Assembly (NCBI RefSeq): GCF_009914755.1
Contig: NC_060932.1
Length of the DNA: 64,000 bases
DNA from: the human T2T-CHM13v2.0 reference genome, Homo sapiens
Strand: one strand, 5' to 3'
Shown here: positions 43,871 to 57,420 of the stretch, piece after piece
How the letters are laid out: each line of letters starts with the position of its first letter
Numbering within the stretch: position 1 is the first letter of the stretch
Translations under genes and position numbers: made by a program
The notes under the pieces: model-generated
Told to the model about the DNA's origin: nothing
The model's database searches: none
The model's input: only the letters and a program-made list of their open reading frames with translations

Positions 43871-46579
43871 CTAATTTCTATTGCAACCAGTAAGGTTGTT
43901 GAATCACTCACCATCTCTCTCTTCATTACACTTTAAATTCAGCTTATCCACAATAGAATGAAGTATTAAGCTGCATAATCCTAGTAGAATCAATGCTAAG
44001 AACAAATAGAATGGCAAACTAATAATAATGATAATAATGATTCTTTACAGTAATCATATTGTTAGTGGTGGCATTCATATTTTTAGTTTCTTTCTTTGAC
44101 ATGAGGGTGTGGGATAAAACAAATTTAATAATTTTGTTGGTGTCATTTGGAACTGTAATTTTCTGTAGGGAAGGAAATAAGGGTGTCAATGTAAAGTAGA
44201 TGAGGTTATATAAAAATACTCTAGTCCAAAATTTGAATTACAAGTATCATTGTGAGCTCATGAGATATTTTATTTCATACACATATATACAGTAGACTTT
44301 CACTGGTGTCAGGGGGAGAAGCTAGTGGCACAGCAATACTCATGCCAAGAATAACTCAAAGAGTAGACTAAAGCACAGGCATGTTTCCGTGAATGGCCAA
44401 AGTCTGTGGAAGCAAACGGCGCTAAAAAGCTAAGGCTAGAGAGGGAGAAAGACTGCCCAGGTGAGGCCACAGTCCTCCCTTGCTTTTCTCCCTTGACATT
44501 TACAGATGTTGAACACAACTGAGTATCCAGATTTGCACCAGGAGACGACGGCTGCTGGGGACAAGAGACCAGCAAAACTGTTGGAAATCTCCCAAAACCG
44601 CAGAGAGAGACAGAGGCTTGGGGCTTGTGCCCTGGGATATGTGCTAAATTCTGCATCTGTACAGGAAAGAAGATGAAAGCTAAGCGAGAAACTCTGAGAG
44701 GCATATCAAAGCTTTGGGGGTCTCAGGTTGAGGTTTGGAGCCTCTAAGAGAAGAGATCAGGCAAGCAGCCGCTTGGACCAGCATCAATTCCATTGTGGGA
44801 ATATTTCTAAGGACCTCCTTGATTGGAAGGGAGAATTGTGTGCCTGCTAATCACAGTCTTAAACAATCCAGACCCACATTTCTGGAATGTAAAGCTTCCC
44901 AGGTTGTAGATAGCAGAGTGTAAATCAGAAAACATTTCCACAGTTGTCTGGTGAGGGTTTTAGGAGTTTACCTGGTATGTACTCAGGCTTTCTGTGACCC
45001 CAAAGGGCATAGAAACTATTTAGCTAAACTATTTAGCATCTGGGCCAATGTCATAGCCAAATTAATGACAGAACCACTGAGGTTTTCAGAGAGTTCTGCT
45101 ATTCTCAGTTTCATCATGCACCATGCACAGAAAACCCCACAGCATGTTCTGACCAGTATTCCTGTGCTTCTTTCTTAGAAGAGGGTTTTATGTTTCACCT
45201 CTCAGAAATACTCAAGGACCTAGTCGCTCACTAATCTAGTCAGAGGCACATTATCCTTCTCTGAGATTTGGACAACCTGGCCATCCACATCTAGGAGGAC
45301 ACTGGCTGAACCTGGCCATGCGTCATGTGCCTCTAGGACTCAAGGACACTGGGCAGCCAGTGACCAGCCCTCTTCAGGAAGAGAGGCAGTTTGTTGTTGG
45401 CATTGTTTTCTGGTTAAAATGTTACTGTCTGGAACAAGGGACATGAAGATCCACCCTATTGGTGCCTTCTGACTGTTTCTTCCGCCGTCACCTGCATCCA
45501 CCCAGATGTTTGTAACACATTTGGTGCAGCTCCTTCAGGCTCAGTCTCATTATAGTCTGGTAGTGGCCACGGAGACCCTCTACCTTCACTCCTATTGTTT
45601 CCCTGATTAGATCACAACCTTTACATCAGGATCATGCATTCCTTCACAAGAATGTGGTTTTTTAAATGACTATTTTCCAAAGAAAAAAGAAAAAAGCTTT
45701 TCCAAATTCTATGGATTGATTTTCAGAACAGGACTGAGGATGCAGTTGAAATTACAGCCCATGAATCTGCAGTATCCCCAATACAAAGGCACGTGTGTGT
45801 GTGTGCATGTGTGTGTGATTGCACTCAGCAACTCAGCTACAGGAAGAAAGAGAAGGCACAAAAAGAAAGATTCAGGATGAGAGTCTGGGCAGGTATGAGA
45901 CATTAGGGAAAAGGAGGCCAAAAAGTTGACATTGGAAGCTACCACATCTAATTATGAGGGAAGATGAGAGCGGGAAGGCCCAGTCAAGTGGGAGTGAAAC
46001 AGCATTCAGTATATCACATGGATGTAAGCAACCATGATACGCTTCGCTTATCATTTATGAATGTAAACTAATATATTTTGCTTGAGGCACAACTTCAATC
46101 TCACTTTACACTGGGCCACTTCATTGGGAATATTTTGGGCTAGAAAACCCAGCCTGTAAACTCCTAAGAAACCCATCATGATATGCTGATTCAAGAATTA
46201 AGAAAGGTACAGAATATATAGCCAGTAAATTAAATTCCTAAGGAGGTGGAATTAACATGTCAACAATTTGAAAGATCTACCCACAGAGATTTATTCAAGG
46301 GAAAAGTAAGTGTCATTATGGAGAAAAACCATGGCTTTTCTTTTCATCAAGTTGGCACAGGATTTTATCATGGGAAAGCATTAACTAGAAGCTGTGCTTG
46401 CTGATCTGGAATTGATTCTGGTATTAGAAGTATTTTAAAGCAATATGAATACTTAAAGTAACTAAAGACAGCTGTTCTTCAAAGAATCTGTATTTTAGGT
46501 CTGAAAACATATTAATATCTACCCTAATACCTGTGTAATAGCTAACACTTAACAATAATGAGCTCTGGAGATTGTTACT

Positions 46580-46870
46580 AGGGACTCACATCTGCCTCCT
46601 ACCCTGTTAAAACAGCTTGCAGCAGACAAGTACTCCCACTAAAAATAGCTAGAAAAGTCATTTAAAGTGAAAAGAAAATAATAATTATGACCAAGTTATC
46701 AAAGATGTTGAGATTAAACTTACAAAGAGCTGTGATTACCATGTCCTATAAGATAGATTACAGAATGAAGAATGTAATAATTAAGGATTCAAAGGATAAA
46801 TTTCATAGCAGAATGGACACAGTAGGGGAGAAAATTAATGAATTAGAAGAAAGGTAGTGAACATGTTTCA
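46580..46870 (+). mobile_element. L1M 5'/ORF1 fragment
   Basis: atagcagaatggacacagtaggggagaaaattaatgaattagaaga (ORF1 coiled-coil region). Confidence 0.5.
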
Positions 46871-46984
46871 ATAAGAGCTATTAGATTTCTTCAGTTATTA
46901 CCAGTACTGAATGCAATGTGAGAAAAACTTAACTGATGTTTTACATTTATATATTTTACTTGATTATAAAGAATGCATACTTAA

Positions 46985-47323
<339 letters not shown>

Positions 47324-47352
47324 TGAAATCACCCAGATTCTTTAAAAAATAA

Positions 47353-47664
<312 letters not shown>

Positions 47665-47703
47665 AAAGTTATTAATAATTCTGAAAAATAATTACGTAAA
47701 TGT

Positions 47704-48080
47704 TGATATGGTTTGGCTGTGTCCTCACCCAAAATCTCATCTTGAATTGTAATCCCCATAATCTCCACATGTCAAGGGCAGGACCAGGTGGAGGTAATTG
47801 GATCTTGGGGGCAGTTTCCCGCATGTGTTTCATGTAAGAGTGAGTGAGTCTCATAAGATCTGATGGTTTTATAAGCATTTGGTATTTTCCCTGCTGGCAC
47901 TCACTCCCCCCTGCTGCCCTGTGAAGAAGGTGCTTGCTTCTCCTTTGCCTTGATCATGATTGTTAAGTTTCCTGAGGCCTCCCCAGCAACATGGAACTGT
48001 GAGTCAATTAAACTTCTTTCCTTTATAAATCACCCAGCGTCAAGTATTTCATCAGAGCAGTGTGAAAGCAGACCAATACA
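47704..48080 (+). mobile_element. THE1-like MaLR solo LTR
   Basis: tgatatggtttggctgtgtcctcacccaaaatctcatcttg...accaataca; perfect TSD aatgt. Confidence 0.9.
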
Positions 48081-48516
48081 AATGTATATTTATATTCTGC
48101 AATATCTTTACTGTTTAAGCAATATTTCAGACCAAAAAATCTAAAATATACATAACCAAATTTTGTCTTACTAAATAAAACAACTGACTCAACTTTTGGT
48201 CACATTTCCATATGGAACAAGCAAATCTTCGAGGGTCAAATGATATTTCACTAGACCATTTCATTTAATGATTAATGTTCTCTGTTTTTTTTTTTTGGAG
48301 ACATCTTTGAATTGTTCAGTCTAATCATTTACCTTTATCTCCATTCAAGTCTACTCAGACACATCAGGGTTTATTTGAATGTCTTGCTTCATTTTTTTTC
48401 CCCAGAATCCTCCTTGTTCTCTTTGTAGTCTATTTCCATTACTTTTATTTTATGTTCAACTTACAACTTAGATCTTTGCCTCCTTTTTTTTAGTCAATTT
48501 CTCCTCCCTAAGTTTT

Positions 48517-49226
<710 letters not shown>

Positions 49227-49239
49227 ACACATTTTTTAA

Positions 49240-49540
49240 AAGAGATAGGGTCTCTGTCACCCAGGCTGAGGAGCAGTGGCAGGATCAGGGCTCATTGCAA
49301 CCTTTGACATCTTGGGCTCAGGCAATCCTCCCACTTTAGTCCCCTGAGTAGCTAGGACTACAGGCATGCACATGCACAACCACAATGCCTAGATAATTTT
49401 AATTTAATTTAATTTATTTTTTTTGGTAGAGACGTGGTCTTGCTGTTTTGAGGCTGATCTTAAACTCCTGGCCTCAATCAACCTTCCTGCCTCAGTCATC
49501 CAAAGCACTGCGATTGCAGCATGAGTCACCGTGATTGGCC
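49240..49540 (-). mobile_element. AluJ
   Basis: Diverged antisense dimer (gggctcaggcaatcctccc). Confidence 0.9.
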
Positions 49541-49734
49541 CATAACATACTCTTTTGGGAATTTTTCTTATCCTCTCAATTTTCTGTATTTTAAATAACT
49601 CAAACTGTTATTGTTTCAGTCATCAATAATAGACTACAACTGAAATCTTTCTAGGCTTTGGCAACTAGAAAGAGACTAATCAAGTTAGTTTGGTCAGGTT
49701 AATGTGCCTGGTAAAGTGGGTGCATTAGATAGAG

Positions 49735-49993
49735 TGGCTGAGACGTTCCTTTATGGGGGGAATACTTTTTTAATGTTCAATTTTGTCATATTTATTTAAT
49801 TGAGCATCAATCATTGCATGGGTGAATGAAATAGGTGATATTTAACACCTAATGCAACTATTGGTTGAGATGTTCTTTTATTGGAAGGGAGGTACATTTT
49901 TAGTGTTCAATTTGGTCATATTTACTTAATTGAGCTTCGATCATTGTGTGGGTGGGTGAATGAACTAGGGAATGTTTAACATCTCATGCAATT
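49735..49993. repeat. Diverged ~126-bp tandem duplication
   Basis: tgg.tgaga.gttc..ttat...tgttcaattt.gtcatattta.ttaattgagc.tc.atcattg..tgggtgaatgaa.tagg..at.tttaaca.ct.atgcaa.ta occurs twice. Confidence 0.9.
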
Positions 49994-51145
49994 ATTAAAT
50001 TCTTTCATTCTGGGTTTGATGGAGCACCTCCCATGTCTGCAATATTATGAGTGACATAAAGGGACCCTGGGAGAATGATAGAGAAACAACAATTAAGACT
50101 AGAATTATACATTAAAAATGATATAATAAAAAATAAGATTAGACTAGACTGAAATGAAAACACTACAATGGATTCCTGTTGGTGAAATGTAGTTTAACTA
50201 GGATATTCTAAGACATGAAATATTTTTTTCCTCAGTTTTAAGATACTGAAAATAAACTGCTTATATTTTAGTGTGATAGTTTTGTAGTTGACTCAGATGT
50301 TAGTAACATTTAACAAAGTTCTAATTTTCTTTGATATATTTGAAATAATACATTTTATTAAAAATAGTTGGCAACAAGAAGTGTAGTCTTAAATATTAAT
50401 AAACTATATGAATGTTTGTATAAAAATTTATTTCCTGCACTGCCTATTAGTTAGAAATAAGCACTCTGGGGTGTCTTATAAGCTTTCTTTGAGGTTAAAT
50501 AATTAATGAAAATTTATCAAAGCTTAATTAAGTCATTGGCTTTAAATGATAAATGGAAATTCAAGCATTATCTCATCAATGTAATTCTCTGAGGTTTAAT
50601 ATATGCACACATATTAAAAATATTTCTTAAGCAACAAACAAGGATTTGATTACCTATTTTTAGCCTAGGAAAATGTTGACATTGCATCTCCAAGGAAGAA
50701 ACTGAGTTAAATATAAAAGCTTTTGTAACATACATGTTTCATATCTTTGTATCATTGATAATTACTTTTCCTTTATTATTAATGCAATGACTAAGTTCTT
50801 TATTCACATTCAACAGCAGGAAACTCAAGTTCAGCTTTCTCTGAAATAATTTTGTTTTCCTATAGAGAGAACCAGGGAAGGGCATATGCCTGTGTCACAG
50901 TCACAGTCTGCCAGCTCTTACTGGGGCTCTTTGTCTGGATTTCCCTTTCATCAGCTCTATCTCTGCCTGCTACCTCTCTATGCTGATGATACCTTATCCT
51001 TAGCCCCTAAATGCCCATGCACTCACCCTTTATTTCACAACTACATGCATATTTGGCAATGGATAACTGTTTTAAAAAGCTTTGTTAAAGTATTGGTGTG
51101 GTGAAGGGACACATATAAAAATTCTTACATGAAAAATGTGTAATG

Positions 51146-51192
51146 GTTCCTTCCTTCCTTCCTTCCTTCCTTCCTTCCTTCCTTCCTTTCTT
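51146..51192. repeat. (CCTT)n microsatellite
   Basis: ttccttccttcc... run adjoining an L2-like tail (catttattgagtgcctactatg). Confidence 0.95.
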
Positions 51193-51279
51193 CCGTTAGT
51201 CATTTATTGAGTGCCTACTATGGGAGAGCATTCTGGTAACATTCTATCAGCATCCATGAAGAGGAAATTATCATATAAC

Positions 51280-51530
51280 AATTGTAGTGTTTGAGTCACA
51301 AGACTTAGGTCAAGAGCTGGGCTCCTCACTTGTAATATGTGTGACCTTTAGTTGGTAATGAGCATTTCATAAACTTTAATAATATCTTCCCTATTAGTGT
51401 AGGAATAATAATAACAGTAATAATAACCTATTAAGTGTGTTAAGAAAACTAAAGAAAATAATGCATAAGATATTCTCAGCATAATGCCTAGAATTAAGCA
51501 TCCCATAAATGTTAGCTGGTATTATTATGT
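51280..51530 (+). mobile_element. MIR
   Basis: gagtcacaagacttagg..tgtgtgacctt..aataatgcataa..cagcataatgccta..aaatgttagct. Confidence 0.65.
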
Positions 51531-52643
51531 CTAGTTTTATTATTATAATAAAAATATGGTCATCATTATATAATAGATGCTAGAGAATCCCATTTGGTAA
51601 TTGGCTTTTTCAGTTCTCTGTTAGTCTCTTGCATGAGTAAATTGAACAATTGTACTTGATATATCAGCACAGACATAGCCCACTCCTAGAGCAAAACACC
51701 ACAGAAAACTAAAAAACTTTAGAATCAATGAATTAATCAGAAGAATTTCCCAGGTTGACTCAGAAAATATCACCAATCAGTCCATTCTGTCCAAGCAGGC
51801 ATACTGTGGACATCCTGCACCTGCTGCAATAGTTGCTTCTAACAACCTCCTTTTTTTGTTCGTGTTCCACTGGAGTCCTTTGGGGTATTATCTCTTCTTC
51901 CAGTCTTGCTTCTGTCTTTGGATTAGCTGCTAAACTTTATTTTTCCACCCTCTATCTGAAAACCTTAGCTCCAACTGTGCTCGTACACTTTCCAAGGGAA
52001 CTCGGCTGCCACAAATAGGATGCTGTGCCATGTTGAAGTACCTGGTACTCACACCGTGTTTCCATCCTATGAACACAGACTTGTCCACCCTGCCATCAGC
52101 AAAAGAGGAAGGTGGTCAGGCTGTGAATACTTTTTTCCAATAAAGCCCAGTGTTTATTCAAGCAGTAAGCCTTGTTTTTTCCTGAAATCACCATAATTAC
52201 CTCTTTACCATTTACGCATGAGAAAACTTTATATAATAAAAATCTGTTCCTATTTTATTATGTAATATTTATACCATAATAGAGGACAAGGCCATTAGAA
52301 AGTTTGTGTTAAATAACAAAAGAGATAATTTTCCCACGAAAATATTACTGCAATTTAAATGCGACTAAAAACCTTCATATCTTGAAAATTGTCAAAACTT
52401 TAAGACAATATTTACCATATACTATAAGCCACTATTTTCACATCTGGCAGCCTATCTGGTTTCTTTCTTTTCTTTTACTTCTTTCGAATCAGTGGCCATT
52501 ATAGAAGCAGGAACCTAGATTCACAGCACCATTGATTAATACGTTCCACTCTGTCAGTTTACATATTCATCAATTCTTTCCCACTTGTATTTTACTTCAC
52601 AGTTCAGGAAAGAAAACATTCACATGCAATACCCTCAGATTGC

Positions 52644-52835
52644 TAGTTTAGAGATATCCTTTTGTATATCAGATTCCTTAATAGTTTAGAGATATCCTTC
52701 TTTATATCAGATTCCCTAATAGTTTAGAGATATCCTTCTTTATATCAGATTCCTTAATAGTTTAGAGATATCCTTCTTTATATCAGATTCCTTAATAGTT
52801 TAGAGATAACCTTCTTTATATCAGATTCCTTAATA
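52644..52835. repeat. Minisatellite, 38 bp x5
   Basis: tagtttagagatatccttctttatatcagattccttaa at 52644, 52682, 52720, 52758, 52796; 0-2 mismatches per unit. Confidence 0.97.
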
Positions 52836-53329
52836 AAATCGACATGAACCATAAAAACACTAGAAAGAGTACAAATCCTGCACAGAATTAGATTATGTGT
52901 ACTGAAATTATGAAATTAAAACATTAGATAATTATGAAGTATTATCTATTTTCAAAAAACACATACAAAATGAAAAGGTAACATGGTAAAATAATGGTTA
53001 AATATAGAATAACAATTTATTGGATATAAAACGTTAATAGTAAGGTAAAGTGGAAACACATCATATTCTTCTAAAATCTAGGGCCATTTTATGTGACTAA
53101 TTAAAAACGTGACTTTAGTAAGAATTATTAAATCTGCAGTTTGAGGTATGTCATTTCTTTTTCCACTAGACCCTCTAAAGAAATATAATAAAAGCATGTT
53201 ACATTTTTATTGAGAAAATAAAGTAAGCATTACAGAATGTGCAAAGGAGTAAATAAGTCAATTCACATAGTCACACCATAGCATGGTGATCCTGAGCAAA
53301 AGACTGGGATGTTCCTCCTCCATGCCTGT

Positions 53330-53525
53330 CCTTGATCACCTGGTTCTGGATGTGGGAACTGGGGCAGCTGCTTCACAGTCTGTGTCCCATTGTCCTCATC
53401 TGGAACCAGGTGATGCGAACAGTGCTAGCTCACAAGCCTAAATGAGTTAACGTATGCAGAACTCTGAGAGGAGCACTTGGCACACAGTGCTGGGACATGC
53501 TGGAGTTTGTGGCTATTATTATTGA
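53330..53525 (+). mobile_element. MIR
   Basis: ctggggcagctgcttcac..tcctcatctgga..aaatgagttaacgtatg..cttggcacacagt..gctattattatt. Confidence 0.6.
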
Positions 53526-55386
53526 GGTGAAAATAGTTTTAAAATAACCAGTAAACTGTCCTCAATATTTTGAAGAAAATTGAGATCCAGAGAAGATCAG
53601 TGATCTCTGAGTATAAAAGGAAGGCAAATAAATGTATCAGTCCTGAAAATAAATTGTGGCGTTGTTCTTATGTGTTACATCTATTTGAGAGTTCCTTTTC
53701 TTCAGGAAATTTTATAAAATCATCAAATTTTTTCAAACATGTTTTACTGACCATGTCATTTGTGCATTAAGGAGATCAACTTGGTGGACTGCTCCAACAT
53801 TAGGAACTAGCACACCTGAGGCAATCAGTAGAAGCACTGGGAACATATTGGACAAAGTGAAAACGGTGCAATTATGGTAAGTTTTGAATAGAAAAATAAC
53901 AAACTCTGAGGAAACAAGAAAACTAAGTAGAAGAAAGAGCTAGAGAGTGAGAAGCGAAACTGAATGTTCTTTCTGACAATCACTGCTGCTCAGGTCAGAG
54001 TTGGTGTTACACCTGAATACCTTCTGAAAATAGAAAAGCAAACAGCAACAAGAGAAATACTCCCTTATCTTAGCAGGATGCTAAATGTTCTGTACCCTTG
54101 AAACAGTGCTCTGGAAATAATAGCCTGCTTGTGGTAATGGGAGCAGATGTTGTTGTCAGAAAGCACTTCCAATTACATTTTAAATTCCCCTGTGTTTCAC
54201 AGAATTGTAAGACCAGCTTTGAAGGATTGTGTGGAGGAACGGAAAGAGAAATTAACTTACAATTTTATTCTAATGATTCAAGAGCGGTGAGGCTGAGCTC
54301 AAAAACTCTGCAAATGAGCGCAAATTAAATAAGCAATACGCAGTAGTGACAAATGAACACAACATACATTTTCTCCAGTTTTATCAGTGAAAGTAATTAA
54401 AGACAGATATGATGCTTAGCAATGGGAGGGTCACTAATTTTCTGCTGATAATTTATAATATACACTATTTAAATAGAAAGGATAACTTTCTTTGATAAAA
54501 ATTCTCCCAAAGTCAATATATACATTTTGCACAATTAAATTAAAAGGTTTAAATATGGCAAGTTGAAAATTGGAATGCAGTATTTCTATTCATATAAAGT
54601 AAAGCTGCAATTTTTCTTTAAACTAAATACACAAGAAAAATGTTTTCATCTAGCATACTTGTGCACTATCACTGACATTTAATTTCTGAGTGTCTGATAG
54701 CCACTGAAGACTGAGGTCTCTTTTGGCACAGAACTATTATCCCAAGATGTGGACTGTGTCTGTCAGTGCAAGTACAGTGAAAGAAAGATACAAGTTTTCT
54801 ACTTCATTCAAATTAAAATCCAACAAAGAAACAAACAATTTTTAACTGCCTGAAATAGTTATGAGTTATATAGTAAATTTTGTTTTAGTATGTAGTGTAC
54901 TATGCTATACATTGTAATTCTCATTTTCAGTTAATGAGACAAGAATGCTTTGTACTACTAGTACAGATCCAAATATTAAAGTAGGTAGTATTTACACATA
55001 AATACACACACCTGCACCATACACAAATATACACAAAGAATTGAAACTGAAGGAACTTAAAATTATTTTAAAAGATAAAATATACATACATTTAAAATAT
55101 CAAAAATCAAATCATCACGTTGATACTGTTATTTCTGTATTATTTATGTTTAATATACTTCAATATTCCCTAAATTTGCCAGTTTTTTACTATATCTAAT
55201 AATTTATTCTGGGCTTGGTGGCTTACGCCTATAATGCCAGCAACTTTGAGAGGCCAATGCAGGTGGATTGCTTGAGCTCTGGAGTTTGAGATCAGCCTGA
55301 GAAACATTCAGAGATCCTGCTGTATTAGTTAGTTCTCACATTGCTATAAAGAATTGCCTGAGTCTGGTTTAATTGGCTCATGCTTC

Positions 55387-55955
55387 TGTGTCCGGAATTG
55401 GTGAGTTCCTGGTCTGGCTGACTTCAAGAATGAAGCCGTGGACCCCCACGGTGAGTGTTACAGTTCTTAAAGGTGGCGTGTCTGGAGCTGTTTGTTCCTT
55501 CTGGTGGGTTCGTGGTCTCACTGGCCTCAGGAGTGAAGCTGCAGACCTACAAGGTGAGTGTTACAGCTCATAAAGGCCACACGGAGCCAAAGAGTGAGCA
55601 GCAGCAAGATTTATTGCAAAGAGCGAAAGAACAAAGCTTCCACAGTGTGGAAGGGGAACTGAGCAGGTTGCTGCTGCTGGCTGGAGTGGCCTACTTTTGT
55701 TCCCTTATTTGGTCCCACCCACATCCTGCTGATTGGTCCATTTTACAGAGAGCTGATTGTTCCATTTTAGAGAGAGCTTATTGGTCCATTTTACAGAGAG
55801 CTGATTGGTCCATTTTGACAGAGTGCTGATTGGTGCATGTACAAACCTTTAGCTAGACACAGAGTGCTGATTGGTGTGTTCACAATCCTTTAGCTAGACA
55901 GAAAAGTTCTCCAAGTCCCCACCTGACCCAGAAGCCCAGCCGGCTTCACCTCTCA
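55387..55955 (-). mobile_element. 3' LTR (LTR12F-like, 569 bp)
   Basis: Minus strand tgagaggtgaagccggctgggcttctgggtc...ccggacaca; tandem gctgattgg (CCAAT) units. Confidence 0.92.
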
Positions 55956-55967
55956 ATCCCCTCTCTA
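55956..55967 (-). other. Polypurine tract
   Basis: Minus strand tagagaggggat abutting the 3' LTR. Confidence 0.85.
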
Positions 55968-56012
55968 AACAGGACGCCCCAACTGCTATTGGGAATTTGG
56001 TCGATGACTGCT

Positions 56013-56740
56013 CTAGCTACTTCCTGCTGGATAGGTGCAAAGAAGGGGCCCTGCAGTTGTAGTGTCCTCCAGAGGGGAGCTCTTTAGGCCATTGGAAGGG
56101 CCAGTGGGTCGGTCCAGGGGTCCTCGGTAGAAGTTGTTAGTTGAACTCATTTGGGGTTCCATTTGTAAGACCATCTGTAGCTTGATGGCCTTGATTCTAG
56201 AAGAAACAAATTTGACAAGACAGTTAAAAATACAGGGCCCAAAGGTAAGTAATAGCAAGATGGCTGCCACAGGACCTAGAAAGGGGAGAAGCCATGTTGC
56301 CCAACTCCAGAGGTTGGTATAAGAGTTTGAAAGGTGTTGTCTGATTTCAGAAGACTTTTCCTGTAAATGCCGGGCAGCCTCTTGTTCTATCCCTGACCAG
56401 TTAGTGTAAAAACAACACTCTTCCCCTAAGAAGGTGCAGAGTCCTCCTTTCTCAGCAGTGAGGAAGTCTAGGCCTCAGGGGTTTTGGAGAGTCACTGCTG
56501 CCAAAGAGTCTATTTGGGATTGTAGTTACTATCCTTATTGGATAGATTTTGTTACTTCTTGCAAATTGTCTGAGAAATCCTTTGAGAGTGTGTGGTAGTA
56601 GGATAATGAAGTAGATAAACTGGCTATTCCAGTTCCTATAGCAGTGGCTATTTCTAACCTTGTAAGTAGTGGTATTAGTTGTATGGCCCTGTGCTGATGG
56701 ACTTGAGCTTTGAAGGGTGCTGATAGTGTCTGATTTCCAT
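56013..56740 (-). pseudogene. env: env remnant (TM subunit only), with stop codons
   Basis: HQHR/AIQLIPLL cleavage and fusion peptide, immunosuppressive domain LQNP*GLDFLTAEKGGL, CX6CC (CTFLGEECC), TM anchor and tail FGPCIFN..KLQMVLQMEPQM..RGPLDRP. Confidence 0.9.
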
Positions 56741-56834
56741 AAGATTAGAAGTTAGGATAATATATGTTTACACTGTTAACTTTTAGCAAACTTTACTTCT
56801 GTTGAAAACCTCGTAAGTTTGGGATTTCAATTAT

Positions 56835-57185
56835 TCTTTGCTATTAATAAGACCTCGTTCAGTCCATATTAACTTAGAATTGGTATAGATGGCTCCTTCC
56901 TGATTCTGTAAGTACTTTAAGGTTTGGCTGAGTTCAAACAACTTGCACATTTGTATGGTAATTAATTAAGATTTAGATCCCCGTTAGGAAACCTGCTGGG
57001 TTAAGGATTTTTGATAGGAAGGCTATGTATGGGTTGTCAGCGGCCTCAGTGCTTTCAGGCTATGCCCTTGTTTACACTGACAACAAGGTGGTATTGGAGT
57101 GTTTTAGGGTTACAGAGAAGGCCTTCGATTATCAATTATAGGTTTCAACTTTACCCTGGCTTTTAAAGGAATAGGGTACACTGTT
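56835..57185 (-). pseudogene. Second, internally deleted pol remnant (HERV-I/HERVIP10-like)
   Basis: Collinear short blocks YPIPLKARVKLKPIID, EGLL, NTPI, HLVVSVNKGIA, IAFLSKIL, NPAGFLTG, LINYHT, CKLFELSQTLKYLQNQEGAIYTNSK, IWTERGLINSK. Confidence 0.7.
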
Positions 57186-57420
57186 TTTTCTTTACTACGT
57201 CCATCTCTCTTTCTCTTTGACTTCTTCTTTGTCTCTGTCTCTTCCTCTCTCTCTCTCTGTGACTTTCTGTCTCCTTCTCTTCCTTTAACTTCTTCATCTC
57301 TCTGTTTCTTCCTCTCTCTTTCTTTCTCTGACTTCCTGTCTCTTTCTCTCTTTCCTTTCTGCTGGTCTTTCCCTGCCTCTGCCAGCTGCTTATGCTGCTG
57401 TACTCCCCTCTCCTTCCCCT
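57185..57420. repeat. CT-rich (AG-rich on the viral strand) low-complexity tract
   Basis: ctctctttctctttgacttcttc...; source of the K/E/R-rich ORFs 57110-57546. Confidence 0.9.

Noticed and set aside
44309-44704. 131-aa ORF in a GC-richer block
   Set aside because: No recognisable domain, splice context or promoter; the block may be an old LTR I cannot name.
52644-52835. 38-bp repeats as a CRISPR-like array
   Set aside because: Units are head to tail with no unique spacers, there are no cas genes, and the context is primate DNA.
54230-54460. Possible conserved non-coding element with TAATTA/TGACA motifs
   Set aside because: Impression only; cannot be supported without alignments.
55455-55829. 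Paralogous 124-aa and 116-aa ORFs (55455 and 62303) as a duplicated gene
   Set aside because: Antisense frames within the two LTR copies.
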